Shown: in pieces, positions 49,982 through 57,850 of the stretch | Layout of the letters: each line of letters begins with the position of its first letter | Position numbering within the stretch: the stretch's first letter is position 1 | DNA from: an uncultured virus (IMG/VR IMGVR_UViG_3300025470_000021) | Lineage: Duplodnaviria > Heunggongvirae > Uroviricota > Caudoviricetes | Strand: one strand, 5' to 3' | DNA: 64,000 nt | Virus record (IMG/VR): IMGVR_UViG_3300025470_000021 | Program-made: the position numbers and the translations under genes | Notes under the pieces: generated by a model | The model's database searches: none | Told to the model about the DNA's origin: nothing | Seen by the model: the letters and a program-made list of their open reading frames with translations, nothing else

Positions 49982-50440
49982 ATGCCATCTTGGACATCAC
50001 TAGGACACGCGATGCGCCGTCGCATGGGTGCTCCTTCCTCTCATATCGAAGCGACAGGTGCCTCAATGAAATCTTCATCACTTACACCAGAGCAAGTAAT
50101 TGCCTCAGCAGCACACGCAAAATCACCACGCCGTTACATGGGCATGGAAGCAAACAACTTTGAAAATGTTTCTGCTCAACCAGGCAACACAATGTCACGT
50201 CCACGTAAGAACACACAGGCTGCAGATCCAACCGCTGGTGGCAAGGCTAACCGCACAAACAAACTTGCTGGTTCAGCAGCAGCATCAGAGCGCATGGGTG
50301 CTCGCTACGAAATTGGCGCAAAGTTCCCAGCAGTGCACTCAATCGAAGCCTCTGCAACAATGCGTAACGCAAAGACAATCCCATCAGTCATGGGACGTCA
50401 AGCACCTGATTTCAACGCTGCAATGGGTGAGTCTTACTAA
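49982..50440 (+). CDS. Hypothetical low-complexity protein
   Basis: AAGGAG RBS. Confidence 0.65.
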   Translation: MPSWTSLGHAMRRRMGAPSSHIEATGASMKSSSLTPEQVIASAAHAKSPRRYMGMEANNFENVSAQPGNTMSRPRKNTQAADPTAGGKANRTNKLAGSAAASERMGARYEIGAKFPAVHSIEASATMRNAKTIPSVMGRQAPDFNAAMGESY

Positions 50441-50441
50441 A

Positions 50442-50681
50442 ATGTTATCTATGTCCGAGTTCGGTGACAACATGAAGAGCGGACAGATGTTTCAGCAACA
50501 TACCGAGACACCTCCTCCACTCTCACTGAGCGCATCAACCAATACCAGCAGCGGAGCAGCCACAGCGTGGTCTAACCGCTCATTGGGACAAGGACGCACA
50601 CTGCCGTATTCAGCAAAGACTGCAGGAACTGTTTACAAGTTTGAGGATAATCAATCCTCACTCCCAGCAATCAAGGAGTAA
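50442..50681 (+). CDS. Hypothetical protein
   Basis: ATG directly after upstream stop. Confidence 0.55.
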   Translation: MLSMSEFGDNMKSGQMFQQHTETPPPLSLSASTNTSSGAATAWSNRSLGQGRTLPYSAKTAGTVYKFEDNQSSLPAIKE

Positions 50682-50683
50682 TC

Positions 50684-51280
50684 ATGCCACTAAGCAACGA
50701 TGAGTTTGCTGCGCACGTTAAAGAACATGGTGGCGGATCTCTTGGCTATTTTAGCCGTGAGCATGTAACTGGTCGCGGGTTTATGACTGCAGCAGTTCCA
50801 GAGGCAGAGCACACAGCAGAGCATGATTTGACTGGTGATGATATCGGCGCATTTCAAAAGAAAAACGCTGCTGTAGCAAAGAATGTTCCTGGAGCAATTC
50901 ATGGAGCATGGGGACGCACTCAAGATATCTCTGTTAAAGCACCAACTCCAAATGCAGCCCGTTCAATGGGAACTACTGTTGGAGAGATGGAATCTTACGC
51001 AACACCTCACACTCCAGTAAACCGCAAGGGCGCAACTGTTGGTCCAGGTGGAGGAGCAGTTCTCTTGCATATGGGTCAATTTGGCAAGAATAGCGCTGAA
51101 GAGAGTTACCGTCCTGGAGCCCTTGATATGCAGGGTGGCAAAGGAAGCCTTACAAAGTACGAGTACGCCAATAAAGACTGGAATCAAACATCGCCATCTG
51201 GTCACAAGTTGGGTGATGTTCTCCGTACTATCAACACAAACCGCGCTATGAAGCAACGCAAAGTGATCGGTCGTGAATAA
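50684..51280 (+). CDS. Hypothetical protein
   Basis: AAGGAG RBS. Confidence 0.65.
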   Translation: MPLSNDEFAAHVKEHGGGSLGYFSREHVTGRGFMTAAVPEAEHTAEHDLTGDDIGAFQKKNAAVAKNVPGAIHGAWGRTQDISVKAPTPNAARSMGTTVGEMESYATPHTPVNRKGATVGPGGGAVLLHMGQFGKNSAEESYRPGALDMQGGKGSLTKYEYANKDWNQTSPSGHKLGDVLRTINTNRAMKQRKVIGRE

Positions 51281-51675
51281 TGGAGACCAAAACTTGCACA
51301 TCCTGTGAGCAGGATTTACCCATCTCCAAGTTTAAAATGCGTGGTGGACGTCAAGTAGGCACAAGACAAGCCATGTGTAATCGTTGTTTATACGTTAAAT
51401 ACACACGACCACTTGTAGAACAAAAAACTAAAGAAATTCATGAATATCAGGTAAAAAAAGGATGTGCAGATTGTGGATACAACGCTCATCCTGCAGCCTT
51501 AGAATTTGATCATCTTGTTGGTTTTGAAAAGAAATTCAATATAGGTGAACAAGTAGGTAATTACAGTCGTGAAAAACTGTGGGAAGAAATAGCAAAGTGT
51601 GAAGTGGTATGCGCCAATTGCCACGCCATACGAACGGCAAACCGTCGTAATCGAGTAGAGATTGAGGTGATCTGA
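51280..51675 (+). CDS. HNH endonuclease-like protein
   Basis: CADCG...LEFDH...KCEVVCANCHAIRT. Confidence 0.85.
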   Translation: METKTCTSCEQDLPISKFKMRGGRQVGTRQAMCNRCLYVKYTRPLVEQKTKEIHEYQVKKGCADCGYNAHPAALEFDHLVGFEKKFNIGEQVGNYSREKLWEEIAKCEVVCANCHAIRTANRRNRVEIEVI

Positions 51676-52209
51676 TGGCTGGAGGCTATAACAACTTCTC
51701 GCCACAGCAGAACTGGCAGTCCCTTGGTGCTGGCGGTATGTACGGTTACAACAATCAAACTGGCGCAGGAACTCCCGTTGCACGGGACAGTTTGGATCAG
51801 TCACGCATTGGCGTGGGCCGTATTCCATCTGCGGAATATCCCTGACGGCTACCTCGGAACGATACGATCCCGTCGAGATGATCGTCTTCTTGATTCAATC
51901 AAGAATCGTGTTAATCAGAAATCATACCAACGCGGTGTTCACAAAGGTGAGCGCATTGAGCCATCTATGTATTTTTGGCCTGACTCTGTCAACATGGATA
52001 GCGGTCTTAAGCGCCAAATGAAAGCCAAACTTGTTGACATCGATGGCGGTATGGTATTTCGTGTTCCAAGGGCTGCACCACAAACCCAGTTGGCTCCTGC
52101 TCCACACCTTGTTAACGATGGTAAAGCCAACACAATGGCAGATGCACCAACTGAGATCAATGCACGCCGTCAAGCGATGATGGCTTACTTGAGACCTGCG
52201 TGGGCATAA
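51675..52209 (+). CDS. Hypothetical protein split by a +1 frameshift at CCC-TGA (51840-51845)
   Basis: MAGGYNNF...IPSAEYP* (51675-51845) continues in the +1 frame as PDGYLGTIRSRRDDRLL... Confidence 0.6.
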
Positions 52210-52210
52210 C

Positions 52211-52846
52211 ATGGCTATGTTTGGTGTAAACCCACACGGTCGTTGGGATAAGAACCTTGCACAGGAGCAGTTCCAAGCGCATGTAGGAAACATCATGAAT
52301 AAATACCGTGAAGCATCTCCAGAAATGTTAAAAGGAGGTAATGAGTGGTATCAACGCGCTAATGATATTGCAAATACTTTAGGTAAAGGGAATGTAGAAA
52401 AAGGCGCAGGAGTTATTGCAGCACTTTCACCTCAAATGGGTTGGGGTCGCAATGTTGACATGGCAAAAGAGTTATTTCAGCACGGCACTGCTTCACACAC
52501 AGAAGATAACTTAAACAAAGCACTACGAATTCATGCAGGAGAAAATCCACGAGACGTACTTGGTGGACATAAAGTTCGTAGTTTTTATGAAAACATTGTA
52601 AACCCAGAAAATCCAGACCCAGTAACTATTGATAGGCATGCTCACGACCTTGCTCTTGGATTACCATTTAAAGGATCAGGTGGCGGAACTCAAGGAGAAG
52701 CAGGAACAAACCCAGGATTAGGTGCTGTTGGTCGTTACAACCATTTTGTACATGCATACAAAAACGCTTCTAAAGAACTAGGTATTGACATACCAAATAG
52801 ACTTCAAGCCGTTACTTGGGTAACTCACCGAGGAGCAATCGGATGA
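52211..52846 (+). CDS. Phage protein with possible HhH-glycosylase-like fold
   Basis: EWY, VIAALSPQ..W..N, KVRSFYENI, VTIDRHA, LQAVTW. Confidence 0.45.
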   Translation: MAMFGVNPHGRWDKNLAQEQFQAHVGNIMNKYREASPEMLKGGNEWYQRANDIANTLGKGNVEKGAGVIAALSPQMGWGRNVDMAKELFQHGTASHTEDNLNKALRIHAGENPRDVLGGHKVRSFYENIVNPENPDPVTIDRHAHDLALGLPFKGSGGGTQGEAGTNPGLGAVGRYNHFVHAYKNASKELGIDIPNRLQAVTWVTHRGAIG

Positions 52847-53205
52847 CACAATCATTTGACGGCAACTACGACTACACCAAGCCATGGCGTGCACCTATTC
52901 AACCTGATCAGGTTGCAAAAAAGTGGTCGTACAACGGCCCATGGTCAACCAACATGGAGCGCCTTACTTCTCAGGCACTCATGGTTGCAACCATTCCAGG
53001 AGCCGATATTCAAGCAATGGTTCGCCCACCACTTCCACAGATTCAACTATTTCCAGAGCGTTTTGGGTACGGCCCAAGTGTTCAACCTGGAATTGAGGAT
53101 GTAGTAAGCGTAGATCGCAACTATCATGAGCCTAGAGTTTCTTGGTACTCAGGATCTCCTGCTGGCTACTCAGGTAGCAGCCGTAACGATTTGGGGACTA
53201 ACTAA
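52843..53205 (+). CDS. Hypothetical protein
   Basis: GAGGAG RBS; ATGA overlap. Confidence 0.65.
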   Translation: MTQSFDGNYDYTKPWRAPIQPDQVAKKWSYNGPWSTNMERLTSQALMVATIPGADIQAMVRPPLPQIQLFPERFGYGPSVQPGIEDVVSVDRNYHEPRVSWYSGSPAGYSGSSRNDLGTN

Positions 53206-53405
53206 TGTTTGATGGCGACGGCGCTGAGACAATGGAACTGCAGGCTAAAAAAGTTATGCAGAATGCCATGGAATACCGTGGATCTGCTCCATGTCCAACC
53301 TGTGGAGTCATTATGAACCCAGTAGAATTTATGTATAACCAAGGTAAATGTCTTAACTGCTTGACCCAACAAAAGGCAAGCCGAATCAAAGGAAAGATGG
53401 TCTAA
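53205..53405 (+). CDS. Small zinc-finger protein
   Basis: CPTCG...CLNC; TAATG overlap. Confidence 0.65.
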   Translation: MFDGDGAETMELQAKKVMQNAMEYRGSAPCPTCGVIMNPVEFMYNQGKCLNCLTQQKASRIKGKMV

Positions 53406-53406
53406 C

Positions 53407-53613
53407 ATGGCAGTTAACTCCTCACGCTCAATGAACCAGTCACTCGATGAGGGTGCAACTGACGGCAAGTACCGCAAGGCTCGCCCAAACACTGAAGTCA
53501 TTCCAGGACTTGGTAACGAAGAGACTATGCGCAACCGCGAAGCGCTACACCCATTCTCAGGTTACGGGTTTATTACCTCTGAGATGCCTAACAAAGTAAA
53601 TCCAGGTAAGTAA
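53407..53613 (+). CDS. Hypothetical protein
   Basis: Tightly packed ORF. Confidence 0.6.
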   Translation: MAVNSSRSMNQSLDEGATDGKYRKARPNTEVIPGLGNEETMRNREALHPFSGYGFITSEMPNKVNPGK

Positions 53614-53615
53614 TC

Positions 53616-53843
53616 ATGGCAGTCACAGCCGTACCAGATCGCGGAGATAACCCAAAGCGTAAGATTAACTTTTATCACGCTAGTGGCGATTACAGCCATA
53701 GCGCTGATGTTCGTTGGTTAAACCCTAAAGGATATCGTTCAGGACGTCCTCACGGCTCAGAGTTAAAAAAACACATGCCACACATGGGTGGATGGGCAAT
53801 GCCTGAGTACGATAACAACCCAAAAGCGCCAAAGAACGATTAG
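53616..53843 (+). CDS. Hypothetical protein
   Basis: Tightly packed ORF. Confidence 0.55.
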   Translation: MAVTAVPDRGDNPKRKINFYHASGDYSHSADVRWLNPKGYRSGRPHGSELKKHMPHMGGWAMPEYDNNPKAPKND

Positions 53844-53906
53844 TTTAACCCCACAGCCCTTTTAGGGTTTTATAGGTTTGTCTCCTAGCACTAATAAGGA
53901 GAACCT

Positions 53907-54455
53907 ATGAGCGACATCCCAGTCCTTGGCGAAAAAAAGCCAGCAGCAAATGAGCCTATGTTTCGTTTGCTCTACTGTCTTGTCTGTCAGACTCTGGAAG
54001 AATTACCGCCCTATGAAGGTCCGACAGAGTTAGATCATCTCCTAGCAGTAGCATGTGAACTACACGTATTCCCATCAGGTGAGCCTCATAAGGGCAAATT
54101 ATTTGTCCTTCCTCTTAGAGTCTGGGCATCTCGTGAATCAAAGCGAGAGATCATCAAGCAGATCAAAGGCGGAGGATCAGCAGGACTTGCAGAGTTTGAT
54201 GAATCATTTTATGACTCACGCTCTACCTTCATGGAAGGTGCAATGGAGTGCTACAACAAGCACAATAAGCCCAAAGAAGGTTGCTCGGATTGGCATGCAA
54301 AAGATCGTTTGCTTATTCCAAAAACGCAAAAAGAAAGAAAAGCAGAAGGTATGGGAAGTTACCTTGATGCACCAGGACCAAAGACCTATCTATGCGATTT
54401 TTGTCCTGTAGCCATCGGTGTAGCACAGCGCAAGCAAAAGTTGATGGGAAAGTAA
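53907..54455 (+). CDS. Cys/His-rich hypothetical protein
   Basis: AAGGAG RBS; CLVC, C..H, LCDFCP. Confidence 0.65.
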   Translation: MSDIPVLGEKKPAANEPMFRLLYCLVCQTLEELPPYEGPTELDHLLAVACELHVFPSGEPHKGKLFVLPLRVWASRESKREIIKQIKGGGSAGLAEFDESFYDSRSTFMEGAMECYNKHNKPKEGCSDWHAKDRLLIPKTQKERKAEGMGSYLDAPGPKTYLCDFCPVAIGVAQRKQKLMGK

Positions 54456-54731
54456 ATGGCTCAAGCAATCTACACAGTCACTATTAATGACGACAGTTCA
54501 ATCACCACTGTCTCGCAGGCTGCTGGTGAAGGGGTTGCTCGACAAGCAACCACCTTTGACATTTATCAATCTAGTAAAGAACTTGTTTCAGAGATAGATA
54601 ACCAACTTTTGGCTGAACGAGTTGCCAAATTGGTCTTAAATGGAATCCGCCCAACAGATCCCAGTGCAGAAATACGGGCAAAAATCATAGATGCATTAAG
54701 CGATAGAGGCATAGAACCTACTCAAAACTAA
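54456..54731 (+). CDS. Hypothetical protein
   Basis: Abuts upstream stop. Confidence 0.6.
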   Translation: MAQAIYTVTINDDSSITTVSQAAGEGVARQATTFDIYQSSKELVSEIDNQLLAERVAKLVLNGIRPTDPSAEIRAKIIDALSDRGIEPTQN

Positions 54732-54743
54732 TAGACTTAGGGC

Positions 54744-55682
54744 ATGAATCGCTCTGATGGTCTCGACAGGTTTGCTCAACCTATCAGTCTAGAAGGCAGA
54801 GCCACATCCTATTTTTCTAGCCCTGAGCAGGATTTAGATCCTCGTCTCTTTTCTGGCAACCAACTCAAGGGCTGGGTTCGTTCTGGGTTGATGCAACTCC
54901 TCTTTGACTTCTTACATGAGAAGTACCGTCATGCTGATCTTTGGGCACATGTATGGATTGCAGGTTCGGGTGTTTCATACCAGTGGTCTGCTGCTCGCGA
55001 ACCAGGCGATCTTGATGTGTTGATTGGTGTTAACTACATCCAATTCCGTAAAGCCAACCCTGAGTATCTTGGACTTGGTGATACAGAGATTAGCCAGATG
55101 CTCAATGAAGATTTTCGTACATACCTGCAACCAGAGACAGAGAACTGGAATGGGTTTGAAGTTACTTTTTATGTAAATCCTGGCGCTACAGACATCACAT
55201 CAATTAATCCATATGCAGCATACGACCTTACTCATAACGAGTGGACCGTTCACCCACAACAACAGAGCGCACCATACAAGCCTGTATGGGAAGCAATGGC
55301 TCAGCGTGATCGTAATATTGCATCAGAGATTGTCACTCGTTACTCAAAGGCGCTTGCTGATTTGCATGGTGCCCAGAATGATGCAGCACGCAGAAATGCA
55401 GAGTCACGATTGCAAGCATCACTTTCACAAGGCTCAGCGCTGTTTGAAGACATCCACCAAGCACGTAAGTTTGCATTTAGTCAGACAGGTGAAGGCTATT
55501 CTGATTTTTATAACTACCGCTGGCAGGCTGGTAAAAAATACGGCACAGTACCAGCGTTGCGCCAGATGCATGATTACCTTCAAGCATACAAAGAAGGAAA
55601 CGCAGAAGAAAACTATGGCGTTCAATTACCAGATACTCAGACACTCATTCGTAGAGCGGCGACATACAGAGCAAAAGGATAA
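54744..55682 (+). CDS. Pol-beta-superfamily nucleotidyltransferase
   Basis: IAGSGVSYQW...GDLDVLIG (GS + DxD); later FEVTFYV strand. Confidence 0.75.
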   Translation: MNRSDGLDRFAQPISLEGRATSYFSSPEQDLDPRLFSGNQLKGWVRSGLMQLLFDFLHEKYRHADLWAHVWIAGSGVSYQWSAAREPGDLDVLIGVNYIQFRKANPEYLGLGDTEISQMLNEDFRTYLQPETENWNGFEVTFYVNPGATDITSINPYAAYDLTHNEWTVHPQQQSAPYKPVWEAMAQRDRNIASEIVTRYSKALADLHGAQNDAARRNAESRLQASLSQGSALFEDIHQARKFAFSQTGEGYSDFYNYRWQAGKKYGTVPALRQMHDYLQAYKEGNAEENYGVQLPDTQTLIRRAATYRAKG

Positions 55683-55685
55683 ACG

Positions 55686-56177
55686 GTGAACATACTACTA
55701 TCACTAGACGGGGTATTAAGTTCTGACACAGGAGAACCAATCAGAGCAGGAGTAGCAATCTACTACGCTCTTAATAACGGTAACCGTGTCTCTCTCCTTA
55801 CCTCACGCACTAAAGCCGATGCAGAGCAATGGCTATTTAGTCATGGAATTATTGGCTATGACGATCTTATCTGTGACGATGTGCACCTAGAGGGCGATGA
55901 TCTTAAGCGCCGTCAATTTAAGTTACTACGTAGCCAAGCACCTGTAGAGTTCTATGTAGACTCAGACCCAGCCATGTGTGCATGGGTATTTGAACAACAG
56001 CGTGTTGCCACTCTTCTATTCTCACATCCGTCATACGCTAAGATCGAAAACCGCCCCGATGCTCCTAAGCCATATCGAACGTGGGCAGAGATTGAAGAAG
56101 CAGTCAACCGAGCCAACATTGCTCGCTCTGTAGACCGCTTACGCCCAGATACCAAGATTGGCGAGTACTCTGACTAA
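55686..56177 (+). CDS. HAD-fold protein (degenerate motif I)
   Basis: ILLSLDGVL, LLTSR, K, FYVDSDP in HAD motif order. Confidence 0.65.
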   Translation: MNILLSLDGVLSSDTGEPIRAGVAIYYALNNGNRVSLLTSRTKADAEQWLFSHGIIGYDDLICDDVHLEGDDLKRRQFKLLRSQAPVEFYVDSDPAMCAWVFEQQRVATLLFSHPSYAKIENRPDAPKPYRTWAEIEEAVNRANIARSVDRLRPDTKIGEYSD

Positions 56178-57678
56178 GATCATATTTTCAGGAGCCGAGG
56201 TAGGCTCTAACCGCACGCTCTTAGAAGGTATGAAAGTTGAGTCGATGGGACTCAACTTCTGGGGTCTCCGTAAGCGTGGGTTGCCAAAGACTAAGATTTG
56301 GCTGATTAGTGAACACTTTACCCCAGAGACTCAGGTCATCATTGAGTCAGGGGCAGCACAAGCGGACAAGGCTGGGCTATCACGACAGGAACTGCTTTCC
56401 CTAGCCGCTGAGTACCAAGAGTTCCTCGTCAACAACGCAGATCGCGCCTTAGCCTTCCACGAGTTTGACTCCCAAGTACTAGGTAAAGAGTGGATAGAAG
56501 CGCAGCGCCCCTTCTTTGAGAACGACCCAAAGTTATGGGTAGTCTGGCATGAGTCCTACGGCATAAGTAACTTGCGAGAACTGGCGGGCCGCTATCCCAA
56601 CATACTTATACCCAACGCCGCGATAGAGGCTGTCACCAATCTATCGGGAGTGACTCGTGGTCTTGCACGCCAGACAGGAACCACCTTTCACGCCCTCGGA
56701 TGTGCCAAGCCAGACAACCTAAGGCAGATACCATTTGGCTCAGCGAGCACATTGTCATGGCTATCACCGATGCGCAGAGGCGAGACGATCGTCTGGGATG
56801 GCAAGCAGATCAAGCGATACCCCAAGCGCATGAAAGACCAAGCACGCATCCGTTATAAGACGGTTGTCGAGCGTGCTGGGCTAGACTATTCTGAGTTTGT
56901 TAAAGATAGTACCCTCGAATCGACTAGAGTTGCAGTCTGGTCATACCTACAGATGGAGTCCGCTATGGAGAAGAAACCGCCTAACTTCCACATCATTGAT
57001 GGGGGTAAAAAGGACATAGTATCTGATAACAGCGATGACCTGTATACGGGGCTAATGATGGAATTAGGGGGTGACCCTTCTGATAACAGTGGTGCAGAAG
57101 GGAGGAAAGTGGAGCGTGCAGAAGTCGTAGAACGCGCCCCAGAAGAGATGCAAAATCTCCCAGTGTTTGGCTTCAAGACTAAGACAATCGTAGAGAGAGG
57201 CGATGACGGCAAGGATGTCCTTAAGGATGTTCCTGTCGTTCACACGCAACAGGCAAGCCTTCGTCAGTGCGATACCTGCTTCGTTGCAAGCAACTGCCCA
57301 GCCTTCAAGCCACAGAATCAGTGCGCATTTAACCTGCCTGTTGAGGTAAAAACCAAAGATCAACTCAAGGCGTTACTCACTGCAATTATTGAAATGCAGG
57401 GGCAAAGAGTGGCTTTTATGCGTTTTGCAGAGGAAATGAACGGTGGTTACGCAGATCCAAATCTCTCGCAAGAGATCGATCGCTTGCTCAAGTTAGTGGG
57501 CAATGTCAACGAGATGGATCAGAATAAAGAGTTCATCCAAATCACGGCAAGCCGTCAATCTTCGGGTGGTGTACTCTCTGCAATCTTCGGAGATCGCGCC
57601 CAAGCACTGAAAGAGTTGCCAGAGACACTCAAGGAAGAGTCAGTCACTAAGATCATTCAGCAATCTATTGAAGATTAG
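56158..57678 (+). CDS. TGT/DpdA-like barrel protein with C-terminal Cys4 domain
   Basis: IIESGA, EFD, VVWH, FHALG, PFGSASTLSW recall the DSGA...HxLG...PFxSxDSxSW pattern; CDTC.....CP.F.....C. Confidence 0.5.
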   Translation: MASTLTKIIFSGAEVGSNRTLLEGMKVESMGLNFWGLRKRGLPKTKIWLISEHFTPETQVIIESGAAQADKAGLSRQELLSLAAEYQEFLVNNADRALAFHEFDSQVLGKEWIEAQRPFFENDPKLWVVWHESYGISNLRELAGRYPNILIPNAAIEAVTNLSGVTRGLARQTGTTFHALGCAKPDNLRQIPFGSASTLSWLSPMRRGETIVWDGKQIKRYPKRMKDQARIRYKTVVERAGLDYSEFVKDSTLESTRVAVWSYLQMESAMEKKPPNFHIIDGGKKDIVSDNSDDLYTGLMMELGGDPSDNSGAEGRKVERAEVVERAPEEMQNLPVFGFKTKTIVERGDDGKDVLKDVPVVHTQQASLRQCDTCFVASNCPAFKPQNQCAFNLPVEVKTKDQLKALLTAIIEMQGQRVAFMRFAEEMNGGYADPNLSQEIDRLLKLVGNVNEMDQNKEFIQITASRQSSGGVLSAIFGDRAQALKELPETLKEESVTKIIQQSIED

Positions 57679-57753
57679 TAGTATCTGATAACAGTCAATT
57701 ATTAGATTGAAACTGGGTAGTCGTTTACCCTTTTGTCCCAGCACTTGTCAAAC

Positions 57754-57781
57754 TTGCTTCTTAACAGGTGCGTGATAGGTT
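57754..57781 (+). promoter_or_regulatory. Putative housekeeping-sigma promoter for RNR
   Basis: TTGCTT-16 nt-TAGGTT with TGn extension. Confidence 0.45.
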
Positions 57782-57850
57782 TCGTTACCTCACAATAGGG
57801 TACTCAAAATAAGTAGGGTATTTCATCAAGTAGAGAAATAGGGTATATCA

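Noticed and set aside
51724..51840. N-terminus of the ORF-track call 51724..52209
   Set aside because: The coupled ATG at 51675 in another frame is the more plausible start
57679..57850. Cobalamin riboswitch or tRNA upstream of nrdJ
   Set aside because: No B12-box or cloverleaf recognisable
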